DNA of 64,000 bases from positions 1,426,001-1,490,000 of the forward strand of contig NC_043018.1 in NCBI RefSeq assembly GCF_006345805.1, in the 5' to 3' direction. Made by a program: the position numbers and the translations under genes. The notes under the pieces are model-generated. The model saw only the letters and a list, made by a program, of their open reading frames with translations. It searched no databases and had not been told where the DNA came from. This document shows positions 1 to 13,843 of the stretch, piece after piece. Positions within the stretch are counted from its first letter, which is position 1; the number at the start of each line of letters is the position of its first letter. The stretch is from Octopus sinensis. Its lineage: Eukaryota.

Positions 1-806
1 CGCAGATTAATATATAAAAAAACCGCACGTATGTTCTCCCATTAGGGCTAGTGCAGAAGTGTACACACACATGCATGCAGCTACACAAGCATAAAGGCAC
101 GTACATACAAAAAAAATGGGGGAAAAACACATAGAGTTATACAAATATATAGATGCAAATGTTCACGGGTGAAAAACAAAATAATAAATAACATAATGGA
201 AAAAATGAAAAATAAAAGATGAACCAAGTGTACAAGCAAGAATTGAGTATGTATGAAAGAAAGAAGGTGAGCTGGAATTAACTAGAAATTTCGCTTGCAT
301 AGAGTTAAGAATTTTTTTTATTATTTATTTACGTATTTCTTTATTTTGTTGGTAATTTTTGTGTGTTAGAAAGTTGGTAAAGAAATCTTCAAAAGCTATC
401 TGTAAATTAATATTTCATTGAATTTTTGGTGAAAAATATTGCGCAAAGAATATAATGATTTTTGAAATTTATGTAATAACTAGAGATTGGTTGAAGGTAA
501 ATGAAACTCTGCAAAAACGAAAGAAAGAAAGAAAAAAAGACGTTCTGAAAGAGAGAGAGAGTAAGAAAAAAAGAAAATAGGAAAAATTCTTTAGCTGGAG
601 AAGGTTGGATGGAATAAAAGGGAAAATAAGCTGCAGTACCCAAGTGAACAACTAAAAAGGAGAAAATAAATAAAAATATGAAATCAGCATTTTCACTTTG
701 TGCAAATTCTACACTGTAAATTGTAAGTGGTTGTGGTATATTTTGAATTTCGTTGATACATACACATATACATACATACATACATACATATATAGATATA
801 TATATA

Positions 807-871
<65 letters not shown>

Positions 872-875
872 ATAT

Positions 876-968
<93 letters not shown>

Positions 969-1294
969 CATATTATATAAACGCACGTATATATAGAAAG
1001 AGAAAGAGAGAGATGAAGAGAAGGGAAAGAGAAGCAGACAGAGAGAGAAAGATAAATATATAATTGTATTGACAAATACATAAATATGTATATATGTATA
1101 TAAGCATGACTATGTATACTCATAAATTTACACATATATATATGTATGTATGCATATATACATACGAGTGTGTGCGTGTGCGTATGTGTCTTCACATATA
1201 TGCACGTATATATGTATACATATACATATATATCTATACACATACATTCTTACATATATACATATATACATATATACATATATACATATATAAT

Positions 1295-1326
<32 letters not shown>

Positions 1327-1351
1327 CATATATACATATATACATATATGC

Positions 1352-1390
<39 letters not shown>

Positions 1391-1691
1391 CATACATGTG
1401 TGCATGCATAACATACTTTTTGGAATGAAAGGATTATAGATTCAAGATAAAGTACTCGTTAGTCCACAAGTACAATTATGCTCTTTGCTATACTCATTAG
1501 TTTTTGATTATTTTCGGTGTTAATTATGTTTCTGCTCTGACTTCTTTCACTCAAAACTAATCTTAGTTAAGCAATTTCATGATAAGCCTTCTAAATTTAT
1601 CTTTTTTTTTTTTTCCTTTGATTGTATGTATGTATATGACTATTTGTGTACTGATATATATGTAAAAGAATTTGATTATTATATGTAAGTG

Positions 1692-2185
1692 GTATTAGGT
1701 TCGCCGGAAAGTTCGTGCCGATTTATGGTAGCTTACCGACTTATTTTAAAACATGGTTGAGTCCATAAAATAGGATTTGACTATACCTCCATTTAGAGCA
1801 CAGTTTAAGCTATTTTTTCTTGGAAGAAGGTTTATGTTCCTATAACGTGTTAATTCTGTAACCCTTTAAAATGGAAGATAAGAAAGTTCATTTTCGGCAC
1901 TTGAGGCTTTGGTAACCAGACAAAAATTGCTGCAGCTCGGCTGGGATGTTACCCCACCTTCCATACTCACCAGATATTGCTCCTTCAGATTTCCACTTAA
2001 TCAGGTCTCTGCAGAATAGTCTTAATGGTAAAAATTTCAATTCCTTGGATGACGTAAAAATATACATTGATTGCCATGAAACTCCCTCAATTCTGGGAAG
2101 AGGGTATTTTCAAGTTAAAAGAAAGATAGAGACGCATTGTGCAACAAAATGTTTTATATTTAGTTGTTTAAAAATGTAATGGCAA
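1692..2185 (+). mobile_element. Internally deleted mariner (DD34D) transposon remnant
   Basis: A TA-flanked TIR-like start (TATTAGGTTCGCCGGAAAGTT) is followed by the N-terminus MEDKKVHFRH (1871). This is fused to the catalytic C-terminus ..LVTRQKLLQLGWDV/PHLPYSPDIAPSDFHLIRSLQNSLNGKNF, which carries the YSPDIAPSD motif. Frameshifted; 3' TIR not seen. Confidence 0.9.
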
Positions 2186-2190
2186 GTATT

Positions 2191-2620
2191 TATTACTCTT
2201 TACTCTTTACTCTTTTAGTTGTTTCAGTCCTTTGACTGCGGCCATGCTGGAGCACCGCCTTTAGTCGAGCAAATCGACCCCGGGACTTATTCTTTGTAAG
2301 CCCAGTACTTATTCTATCGGTCTCTTTTGCCGAACCGCTAGCTGACGGGGACGTAAACACACACCAGCATCGGTTGTCCAGCAATGCTAGGGGCCAAACA
2401 CAGACACACAAACACACACACACATACATATATATTTATATATATATACATATATACGACAGGCTTCTTTCAGTTTCCGTCTACCAAATCCACTCACAAA
2501 GCATTGGTCGGCCCGGGGCTATAGCAGAAGACACTTGCCCAAGATGCCACGCAGTGGGATTGAACCCAGAACCATGTGGTTGGTTAGCAAGCTAATTACC
2601 ACACAGCCACTCCTGCGCCT
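2191..2620 (-). mobile_element. tRNA-derived SINE, family A (full length)
   Basis: Minus-strand head AGGCGCAGGAGTGGCTGTGTGGTAA...GGTTCAATCCC (Pol III A/B boxes), internal (CA/TA)n and (GAGTAAA)n tail. About 11 copies in the window. Confidence 0.9.
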
Positions 2621-3974
2621 ATTGACCTTTTTCTTTCCTTTAAAAATCGGCACGAACTTTCCGGACAACCCAATATTTATGTTAATATTTGCATTTACAC
2701 GAAAAATAATAGGGACGCAGGTGAAACAAGATTTGCGAGACAGCTGTTCTGAAGGATCTTTGAAACTGGAGATATAAACATATAAACTATTTCATAATAT
2801 CTTGCTTGAGTTTAATTTTGCTTCTGTCATCTGCCTAATGATATATAATGACAATGTAGATTAGTCGAAGTATATGTACAGAAAATTAACATTTCAGTGT
2901 GTTTATTCAAACAGTAATCATCTTCAAACAAAGCAAATTATTTCTCAGTTAATAATGACCATTACGCCTAAACCAACAATCACTTAGATATATGATGTTC
3001 ATGTTGAGTTGAAGAAAGATATCGTACTGTATTCAATTTGAGATAACAGACATTACAATTAAGTTTTCCTCTGCCAGTTTAATACAAAAGCTTATAATGC
3101 TGACGCCCGGGAAATGCTTATCAGAATAATTCGTCAAAGTTTAGACACTTCCTCGAATTTTTAGATGAGTCTATTTATCATGAATGATAGCGGATCTAAT
3201 ATTTCGGGTCCTGGCTCTCCACCTGAGATTCGTTGAGTAAAAAAACATATACGCATAGACCATGACATTACTCTCTCTCTCTCTCTCTTTCTTTCTCTCT
3301 CTCTATTTCTATCTCTCTATGTTCTTCACACAGATGAATGGTAGAAACACCAAATTTTGAATTACTCACTTCTCACACGAAATCGAGTTTTAGAAGAACC
3401 TGCTATAGACTAACCTAAATTAATTTTAGTTAAACCTAATGTGCAAATGTAGATTAAAATCCAACAGTTGCAGCAGAGATATTATCCTGGTCACAGTTTT
3501 AATTTTGATATATGGAACAAGCCTTGAGCTATTTCAGTTTAACGGAAATTTAATCAAACAAACAATTGTACAAAGATTTTATCATGGATAGATTTTACAT
3601 ATATTAATCGGATATAATCAGTTAGTATAGATTTAATAAAACACTTACAACAGATATGATATACTGGTAATGTTTTAATAATGTCATATACAATAGTCCT
3701 TGAAAGATTTTCAGTCAGTTTCTGAGATAGGCTATCAGTAAAAAATCGTTCGACAATTCCTCTTAATTCTTTAAAAATAGCAGCGAGAGTTTCCCTGGAT
3801 TGAACTACTGTTTTTAAAATGTAATGACCTCTCTAGTAATTTGCTCCTCAATAAATTATTACAGTATAAACGCCACTTAATGATGATGATGGTGATGATG
3901 GTGGTGATAATGATGGTGATGATGATAATGAGGAGGATGAGGAGGAGAAAGTGGAGGAGGGGGATAACAATGAG

Positions 3975-4038
3975 AATGATAATAATAATAATACATTATA
4001 CTGAAGGCACAAGGTCTGAAATTTTGGGGATAGAGTGG

Positions 4039-4116
<78 letters not shown>

Positions 4117-4465
4117 GTAATAGTAATAATAATAATATTAATAGTAATAATAATAATAATAATAGTAATAATAATAATAATAATAATAATAGTAATAATA
4201 ATAATAATAGTATAATAATAATAATAATAGTAATTATAATAATAATAATATAATAATAATAATAATAATGATAGTAATAATAATAATAATAGTAAATAAT
4301 AATAATAGTAATTATAATAATAATAATAAGAATAATAATAATAGTAATAATAATAATAATAGTAATATAATAATAATAATAGTAATTATAATAATAATAA
4401 TAATATAGTAATAATATAATAATATAATAATAATAATATAATATAATAATAATAATAATAGTAAT

Positions 4466-4499
<34 letters not shown>

Positions 4500-4728
4500 G
4501 AATAATAATAATAATAGTAATAATAATAATAATAATAGTAATATAATAATAATAATATAGTAATAAAATAATAATAATAATAATATAATATAATAATAAT
4601 AATAATAATAGTAATAATAATAATAATAGTAATAATAATAAATAGTAATTATAATAATAATAATAATAATAATAAGTAATAATAATAATAATATAATAAT
4701 AATAGTAATAATAATAATAATAATAATA

Positions 4729-4763
<35 letters not shown>

Positions 4764-4835
4764 TAATAATAATAATAATAGTAATAATAATAATATTAAT
4801 AATAATAATAATAATAATATAATAATAATAATAGC

Positions 4836-4885
<50 letters not shown>

Positions 4886-4961
4886 TAATAATAATAATAG
4901 TAATAATAATAATAATAATAATATAATAGTAATAATAATAATAATAGTAATAATAATAATA

Positions 4962-5006
<45 letters not shown>

Positions 5007-5095
5007 TAATAATAATAATGATAATAATAATAATAATAATAATATTAATAGTAATAATGATAATAATAATAATAGTAATAATAATAATAATAATA

Positions 5096-5139
<44 letters not shown>

Positions 5140-5140
5140 G
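3975..5140. repeat. Long imperfect (AAT)n microsatellite array
   Basis: More than 1.1 kb of AAT with AGT/AATAT variant units. It is the source of the spurious poly-I/L/Y/N ORFs. Confidence 0.98.
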
Positions 5141-5520
5141 TGCCTGACGATATTTGCATTTCTAATCACGAGTAACAAAATTAGGGGGAGCATCACATCC
5201 AGGTTTAGAGAGAGATTCTTTTGGGTTTGAATAAATCACCGCTAGAAACATAGGCGTTTCATTCATCATCGTTAAACAACCGTTATACGGGGACCTTTTG
5301 AGTGGGATGACACACTAGACCTGAAGGAAACTATAACTGGAACCTTCTTTCAAGGTCATGAGCTGCTTATCTGGAAATGAACTCACCGTGTCGTGCAAAC
5401 ATGACTGAGATGCATGTTTCTGGTGTATCCTTATCAATGTGTTGTTATGATGCGTATATTGGGTTTCGTATATTTGTACCCGAAAGTTCTTTTGCAGGGT
5501 TGTGCTGTTCTCTCCCTCCC
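5140..5520 (+). mobile_element. Family E non-coding interspersed repeat, 5'-truncated copy
   Basis: Aligns by eye to 22460-22833 (..GACGATAT.TGCAT.TCT.ATCACGAG..GGGGGAGCATC.. ..GACCTTTTGAG.GGGATG..). Starts directly after (AAT)n. Confidence 0.8.
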
Positions 5521-5555
5521 CTCTTTCCCTCTCTCTCTCTATAATAATAGTAATA

Positions 5556-5796
5556 CCATTCTTATTTCTTCATTGCCCACAAGGAGCGACAAATCGATTT
5601 ATTGCCCACTAGGACAGACAAAGCGATTAAGCCGATTACCCGACCCCAGTGCGTAACTGGTACTTAATTTATCGACCACGAAAGGATGAAAGGCAAAGTC
5701 AACCTCGGCAGAATTTGAGCTCAGAACGTAGCGGCTGACGAAATACCACTAAGCATTTCGCCCGGCGTGCTAACGTTTCTGCCAGCTCGCCGCCTT
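5556..5796 (-). mobile_element. tRNA-derived SINE, family B
   Basis: Minus-strand head GGCGGCGAGCTGGCAGAAACGTTAGCACGCCGGGCGAAATGC.. and core ATCGACC.CGAAAGGATGAAAGGCAAAGTC.ACCTCGGC, shared with the 46358 and 59386 copies. Confidence 0.9.
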
Positions 5797-5972
5797 TAGT
5801 AATAACATTCTACTTGGAGGATACATTGTCTCTAGGCATTGAGGACAATATTTAGTGGAACAAATATGCAACTCAAGAAAGGTGAGTTTAACATGCACCA
5901 AGAGCCGAAATAACCAAATAAGGATATAACAAAATATATTCTAACTGAATTAAGAAAATTTAATCAATAAAC

Positions 5973-6144
5973 AGGCGCAAGAGTGGCTGTGTGGTAAGTA
6001 GCTTGCTAACCAACCACATGGTTCCGGGTTCAGTCCCACTGCGTGGCATCTTGGGCAAGTGTCCTCTGCTATAGCCCCGGGCCGACCAATGCCTTGTGAG
6101 TGGATTTGGTAGACGGAAAGTGAAAGAAGCCTGTCGTATATATG

Positions 6145-6207
<63 letters not shown>

Positions 6208-6440
6208 TGTGTGTGTATATGTTTGTGTGTCTGTGTTTGTCCCCCTAGCATTGCTTGACAACCGATGCTGGTGTGTTTACGTCGCCGTCACTTAGCGGTT
6301 CGGCAAAATAGACCGATAGAATAAGCACTGGGCTTACAAAGAATAAGTCCCGGGGTCGATTTGCTCGACTAAAGGCGGTGCTCCAGCATGGCCGCACTCA
6401 AATGACTGAAACAAGTAAAAGAGTAAAAGAGTAAGAGTAA
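5973..6440 (+). mobile_element. tRNA-derived SINE, family A (full length)
   Basis: Head AGGCGCAAGAGTGGCTGTGTGG, B-box GGTTCAGTCCC and (GTAAAAGA)n tail. A short TAAACA repeat lies at both ends. Confidence 0.92.
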
Positions 6441-6641
6441 ACAAAATACCCAATTGCAGGTCATTAATCCAGTCTAATTGGAGAGAATCAGGGCATAATT
6501 TGTAGGATGGTGACCATATTAATAACAGGTTTGCTCGATCAGAGAGGACTATCAAATAGAAAACAGCAGAAACAGTAACAACTATACAAGGAACCAGATA
6601 ACCAAATCAATAATTATTTGCCTTGTTCGCCTTTCTCTTAC

Positions 6642-6753
6642 CTTCTTTTTTTTTCAAAGGGAACCTCTACATGTTCTGTTGAATTGTGGTAAACTAAAGT
6701 AACTACTTCCAGGAACTCATGAAATGACGAAGTACTCATTGGATATCTTATTC
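6642..6753 (-). other. Candidate internal coding exon (unknown protein)
   Basis: TTTAG acceptor and strong AAG|GTAAGA donor enclose 112 nt open in a single frame: (G)IRYPMSTSSFHEFLEVVTLVYHNSTEHVEVPFEKKR. No family recognised. Confidence 0.3.
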
Positions 6754-7965
6754 CTAAATATATATATATATATATATATATAGAATATATATATATATAC
6801 ATATATATATATATTGTCCGAATATGTAATGATGGGATTGTCATGTATTGAATGCTTTTGATTGAGCTTTGTATCAGCGATGCACAAGAGTTGAACAGAA
6901 ATAGCACTAGCTTCAACAGCAACATCAACAACGGCAAAATCAGCCATCTAGATAACTGCTATTATTACCATGCCTAACAACGGTAACATTTGGTTGTTCC
7001 AGGTTTTAACTGCAATCTTTTAAAACCCAAATTTGTACTAATTTTAGCATGAATGGTACATGATGTTCTATGTTCTAAATTGTAAAAAATTTACAGCCAA
7101 AATAAAAGCTTCACATTACGCTAAAGATGATACTAGCAACACTAAAATACACCAACTAAATATTTCAAATCGATTGATTAGATCTGTCGAATACTTTTGT
7201 TGAAATAGAGCTATAACAACTAAGGTTGACCAACAGCCAAAAGAGAATCTAAAATAAATAAAATACAAACAAAACTACGGATACCGAAAACGAAAAACTT
7301 GCATAAAATAGTCAATAAATTTCTGAAGATTTAAATTTTTAAGATTCCAATACAAATTGCCTAAAACAGACTTTATATTCTAACCGTTGTTTTGACCTTG
7401 TAAGTCTCATGAGATAAAATTCATTCTAAATTTCGTTTTTATCGCTTTTATTTCAACTAGCTTGTTATTGTATTAGAGAAAGCCAATAGTTATTGCGTTT
7501 AGCAAAGTGATTGATTTGTCTAGTCTAATGGGAGATTTTTCACCAAAAAGAAAATTAATTAAAGAAACAACAATAAATATAAACACCAAGATAAAAATAT
7601 TTAATTAAAAAAATATATACATTATGTAAATTGGAAATAAAATAATGAGTTACAGTTAGTTTGAATTCACTAAACTAAGCAAGGATTGTTAAATTTCAAC
7701 TACAGAACAAATAGCAAAGAATTGTCTGTTCAAAACTGAACAAGTTTTTGGCTAGAAAAATTTAAACTTGAATTAATTAAATTAATAATGTTCTAATTAA
7801 CCTCCAACGAAACGATTAAAATAAATGGAGGTAATTTCTTTATTTTATTTTATTTTATTGGAAAGATAAAATTTAATCTCGTATCATTACAAGTAAATTG
7901 CCAGGCAACTTTTTTTCCATTAATAACATTAGATAATATTTTAAACCAATTTAAATAGAATTCTC

Positions 7966-9148
7966 TTCTGTATCAAATAGATCGTGATCAGGAATTTAAC
8001 ATTGGCACCCAGTGTCCAGAAATTAGAAAATTAATGCGACTGAGGTGTATGGGATAAATGGTTAAAGTAATATATAATTAATGGTAAAACGACATTCTAA
8101 CTAAGCAATTTTACATGACACTGTACTGGCAAACACTATTTGCTACCCAGCATTTCTCAGTTGCTTTGATCTGGTAGCCAGATGTCTAAACATGGGAAAG
8201 GAATTAATTTCCATGTGGTGAAGGAAACTGAATGACTATTTTAGTAAAGGTTAAATTAGAACATTGCTAATTTATTTAAACTGGGTTTTAATTTTTTTTA
8301 GCCATAAATTTCTTGACTGATGATACTCCCTGAAGAAGGGTACATTAGGGGAAAAGGCATTCCATCAGTAGCTGTCCTGCATTTTCCTTGACCGAAAGAA
8401 TAGAGGATAATATTAGACTTTTTGTGGTAAATTGATTTATCAGCTGGAATCTCTCTAATTATATCGCACTCCAGCAGGTGATAGTCTGCATTGCCAACGG
8501 CGTTTTTGGCTTGGGATCCTGAAATTTCTGTATCGAATAGATTGTGATCAGGAATTTAACATTGGCACCCAGTGTCCAGAAATTAGAAAATTAATGCGAC
8601 TGAGGTGTATGGGATAAATGGTTAAAGTAATATATAATTAATGGTAAAACGACATTCTAACTAAGCAATTTTACATGACACTGTACTGGCAAACGCAATT
8701 TGCTACCCAGCATTTCTCAGTTGCTTTGATCTGGTAGCCAGATGTCTAAACATGGGAAAGGAATTAATTTCCGCGTGGTGAAGGAAACTGAATGACTATT
8801 TTAGTAAAGGTTAAATTAGAACATTGTAAATTTATCTAAACTGAGTTTAAATTTTTTTTAGCCATAAATTTCTTGAGTGGTGATACTAACGCCCCCTCCC
8901 TGAAGAAAGGTACATTAGTGGAAAAGGCATTTCATCAGTAGCTGTCCTGCATTTTCCTTGGTCGAAAGAATAGAGGATATTAGTCAACGTATTTAATTTT
9001 TAAGACGGCGAGGTATAATCTCACGGTGATTTACCTGACTCTTTGTGGTAGACAGATATATCAGTTGGATTCTCTCTAATTATATCGCACTCCAGCAGTG
9101 ATGTTCTCCATTACCAACGGCGATTTTGACCCGGGATCCGGAAATTTC
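7966..9148. repeat. Tandem duplication, units ~560 bp (7966-8525) and ~620 bp (8526-9148)
   Basis: Near-identical 5' halves. The 3' halves are more diverged, with 10-nt and ~55-nt insertions in unit 2. Confidence 0.95.
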
Positions 9149-9314
9149 CAGCTGCAGGCTGCTAAATTCTGTTTTCACTTTTTATATTTCATATTTAGTC
9201 AAAAGAAGAGTGTGATGGCCATGTCTGGATCCCCATTGTGTATACGCCTACGCAGTCCTAAATGGCAAGTCGATAGACGGCATCAATAATCATATGAAAA
9301 TCCAATTATTCAAG

Positions 9315-9490
9315 TATTTGGTGATTGCAAGTTACTATAAATTATTTACATTATTTACATTTGACGGATATTTGTCCTCATCTTGTTTGTTGTTGACACA
9401 ACTTTTCAGCTGATTTACCCTCCAGCCTTCATCAAGTGTCTTGCGAAAATTTCGAACCCTAGTTCTCATTCCTCGGTGTTTTTCGATGTT
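9315..9490 (-). mobile_element. Penelope-like element tail with degenerate minimal hammerhead motif
   Basis: Minus strand 9440-9395: GACAC-TTGATGA-AGGCTG..CAGCT-GAAA-AGTT-GTGTC. Stem I GACAC/GTGTC is perfectly complementary; followed by a (TGTAAATAA)n-like tail. Confidence 0.6.
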
Positions 9491-9754
9491 ATTATTATCA
9501 TTATTCAGTTCATTATGAGATAGCAAGAGATTGAAAGAGAGAGAGAGAGACGGAGAGAGTCGGGGAGAAAGAAATGACAAAAAAAATAAAAAAAAACATT
9601 TCCATTACAAAATTGGCATTTGACTGATCGCAAATAATGAAGGTAATGTTCGTCATGTGGATCTCGTGCTACAGATTTCTGTGAAGAATAACATCGAAAA
9701 ATACCTTAGGAATGAGAAACCCAGGTTCGAAATTTCCACAAGACACTGACAAAC

Positions 9755-9786
<32 letters not shown>

Positions 9787-9989
9787 GTAATGCAATACGA
9801 GAGTATTGCTTTCCAGTAAAGAATAGCCCGTGAGGGAAAATTATACATAGAAGTAAATATATGTACCATATATTTACTTATATATATATATATATATGTA
9901 TATATAAATGAAATTAACACTGACATTCTATTTTAATACATATTTACCAAGATTATATAAAAAATATCTCGAAATACTAAAGACTAAAT

Positions 9990-10400
9990 TTATTTAAAAC
10001 AATCGCCAATTAGCTTCAACCACAGCCTCTAGATGATTTCAGAATCTCCTGCAACTCTTCTGGGCAGTCTCCTTGTTTAAGTTGGTGAATGCTGCCACAA
10101 TCCTTTCATCAATTCATTTTTGATGTTACGAGCAGTTTTGTTGGTCTCCCGCTCACCTGCGCACCGCACATAACAGTTAAGGGTTTCGCAATCTAGGGGG
10201 TAAGGTGGACCGATGCTAAGAGTGATGTGGTTGCAGAAATTGTGATTGTGTCTGTGTTATTTTACAGAATCCTGTTGCCGGACATAGTCTCGTCCAGAAG
10301 CCAGCCTCTACACAGAGGGCAGAAGTTCCTCCACCGGAGGAGTACAGCATGTCGTTTCGAAATTTCGGACAAACAGTGTACAAGTGACACTACTATACTA
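9990..10400 (-). mobile_element. Tc1/mariner maT (DD37D)-like transposase C-terminal remnant
   Basis: Decayed translation [21 protein letters not shown] ... PLDC/PL.CYV..A.ERETNKTARNIKNELM.RIVAAFTNLNKETAQKSCRRF*NHLEAVVEAN, containing stops and frameshifts. Confidence 0.8.
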
Positions 10401-10420
10401 TGTAGTCGTATATACATATT

Positions 10421-10472
<52 letters not shown>

Positions 10473-10494
10473 TATATATATATATATATATATA

Positions 10495-10722
10495 TAGTGG
10501 TGTGCGTGTGGGGTTATGTATATATATATATATATATATATTTTATATATATATATATGATATGTACATACATACATACATATATTTACATATGCACACA
10601 TATGCACATATGCATATAATTTAAAGAGTATACATGTACACATTCATCTAGAGCGTTAAACTAGTACATACTCTGTTGTTTACACACCCGTCTTAGACTT
10701 TTACCTTTTTGTAAATTCTCAC

Positions 10723-10790
<68 letters not shown>

Positions 10791-10805
10791 TGTGGGGTTA
10801 TGTAT

Positions 10806-10836
<31 letters not shown>

Positions 10837-11008
10837 ATATTATATATATGTACATACATACATACATATATTTACATATGCACACATATGCACATATGCA
10901 TATATTTTAAACGAGTATACATGTACATTCATCTAGAGCGTTAAACTAGTACATCTCTCTGTTGTTTACACACCCGTCTTAGACTTTTACCTTTTTGTAA
11001 ATTCTTCC

Positions 11009-11015
<7 letters not shown>
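10495..11015. repeat. Near-identical ~280-bp tandem duplicate bounded by (TA)n
   Basis: GTGCGTGTGGGGTTATG...TGTAAATTCT occurs twice (10495-10725 and 10785-11012). Differences are mostly small indels. Confidence 0.9.
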
Positions 11016-11054
<39 letters not shown>

Positions 11055-11614
11055 CCTATATATACACACATTGTACGTATATATTTATATATACACAAAT
11101 ATGTTTGTATTAATGTATGTATATATAAGCATACGTGTATGCATGTATATATTTATATACAGATATATGTACATTTATGTGTGCTTAGCCGGGTTGTTTT
11201 GGTCGTGTAATTTTATAATTTTACTTCGCGTTGAACACCATTTTTTGAAAGTAAAAATGTTTTATATATGTTTAAAGCAAATAATCAGTTTCCATTGTAT
11301 GTAAATTGCCATTTTCATCTGACAAAGAATTTTGGCAACTGTCATGTATAGGCTTATTCCATATGTATTTTTCGAATATGACATATCATATTATTATTAA
11401 TATTACGGTATAGTTTCGAAACATATATTTAAAAGAAACAATATTTTTCTACATCTCTACTTTCAGTGTTTCGGTTAAAGCATTACAGAATTGAAGAGAG
11501 AGAGAGAGAGAGAGAGAGAAAAAGAGAGAGGAGAGAGAGAGAGAGAGATTTAAAAGAAAGTATAGGAACAACAGTGTTATTACTGGACTGATTGAGAGAT
11601 AAATAGGTACGTAG

Positions 11615-11635
11615 GTAGATAGGTAGATAGATAGG

Positions 11636-11706
<71 letters not shown>

Positions 11707-11733
11707 ATCAATCGATCAATCTATCGATCGATC

Positions 11734-11765
<32 letters not shown>

Positions 11766-12350
11766 CATACATACATACATACATACATACATACATACAT
11801 ACATACATAGATAGATAGATAAATAGACAGATAGGTAGATAGAGAGAGAGAAAAAGAGAGAGAAAATATGGATAAAGTGGGATTGAGAGAAAAAGAAACA
11901 TATATATACAGAGACAGAGAGAGCAAGGTTGATAGATAAATAGATTGATAGATAGATAAATAGATAGATAGATAGATTGATAGATAGACAGACAGACACA
12001 CAGACAGATAGACAGACATACAGACAGACAGATATATATATATACATATATATATATAGATAGATAGATAGATTGATTGATAGATTGATTGATTGATTGA
12101 TAGAATAATTGACTGATTGATGGATACAAGCATACAAAGATACGTTTCATGTACACATATATATATACATAATCATAAACACACAAACCTATACACATAC
12201 CTATATACATACATACATACCTATATACATACATACATACATACATACATACATACACACACATACATACATACATACCTACACACATACATACATACAT
12301 ACATACATACATACATACATACATACATACATACATACATACATACATAC
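11615..12350. repeat. Compound (GATA)n/(CATA)n microsatellite block
   Basis: Direct inspection. Confidence 0.95.
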
Positions 12351-12869
12351 GTAAGTATAAAGCGAGAATGTGAGAGAAAATGTGGAACCTGTTGTAAAGA
12401 AAAAACTTATACTGGTTTTGAAGATTGTGAAGAATGTTCTACATGAATAGCTGAGCAAACGAAAATACTGATATGATGTGTTTCTCTTGTTTCTCTCTGT
12501 TTTTTTTTAAAAACAAAATGACGGCTTACACATATAATTGCATTCCATCACATGTCAATTTTGTGTGTCCCCCACCCATACCACACCCGCCAATCTCTCA
12601 ACGTTTTGATTGTTGCATTAACATCCAGATTTTTTTTGTTTTTTGAAATGCAAGCATCTTGTAGAATTTACCATCGAAACGAAGCGTATGTCTTTCTGAT
12701 TAGACGGAAAAAATTGTTGCTTACGTGTACATATTTTTATGTGCACATGTTATAAGTCTATCTATAATGTGTATCTGTATTTGTGAGTATGTATAATCTA
12801 TATATATATATATATAATATATATGTGTGTGGTTATATATGTATATATGTATATATGTATATATATATA

Positions 12870-12909
<40 letters not shown>

Positions 12910-13011
12910 CTATATACATACACATATACACTTCATTATATACTTATATATACACAATTATATATATGTATATATATATATATATTACATTATATATATA
13001 TATAGAGAGAG

Positions 13012-13045
<34 letters not shown>

Positions 13046-13141
13046 TTACATACATATATAAATATATATACATACATATATATATGTACAAACATATATA
13101 AGGACATGAATATATATATATATATATATTTTTTTTTTCAG

Positions 13142-13274
13142 AGTGAACACACAGCTGGGTTCCTCGTGCGAGTTTGGTCCAACACTCATTCTGAACTTCA
13201 GTGAATTTGCGCAGCAAAAAGCTGCCGGCATAGCAAAAGGCCGCATTCATCTCTGGGCTGGACGGTTGTGCCAG
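13142..13274 (+). other. Candidate coding exon, WD40-repeat-like
   Basis: Poly-T-CAG acceptor and CAG|GTGTGT donor enclose 133 nt open in phase 2: VNTQLGSSCEFGPTLILNFSEFAQQKAAGIAKGRIHLWAGRLCQ. This resembles the WD40 pattern (L.FS..G..LA.G..DG.I.LW). Confidence 0.35.
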
Positions 13275-13509
13275 GTGTGTTACGTGGGCACACCACTTCT
13301 TGTTTAATAATTATAAATATATGCATGTATATACTTACGTTTGTATTTCTACATGAATGCATGCAAGTATTTAATTTGGGTATAAATGCATGGGTGTGCT
13401 CAGATATATTTATATAAAAAATAGGCGCTTCTTTTCACGTACTTTTATCAATATACAATTTGCAGGGTGTATATACTACTTAACGTGAGTGTATATATGT
13501 ATGTGTGTA

Positions 13510-13548
<39 letters not shown>

Positions 13549-13549
<1 letters not shown>

Positions 13550-13736
13550 TTACTCTTTTACTCTTTTCAGTGATTTCAGGTATTGTATTAATAATCGACC
13601 CCTGGAGTTATTCATTGTAAGCCTAGTAGTTGTTGTTTTGTTGCCGAACCGAAAAATTAGCAGTATCGGTTTTCAAGCGATGACATGGCGGATATAAAAA
13701 CACCAACACACAACACGCGCGCGCAAACATATATAC

Positions 13737-13807
<71 letters not shown>

Positions 13808-13811
13808 GTAC

Positions 13812-13843
<32 letters not shown>

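Noticed and set aside
3975-5140. CRISPR-like or coding repeat array
   Set aside because: Simple trinucleotide repeat with no spacers, in a eukaryotic context. No CRISPR array was found anywhere in the window.
8302-8339. Mutually exclusive micro-exon pair in the tandem duplication; also a C/D snoRNA (TGATGA..CTGA)
   Set aside because: The unit 1 version is 38 nt with stops in all three frames. The C-like and D-like boxes are only ~7 nt apart and are not conserved in unit 2.
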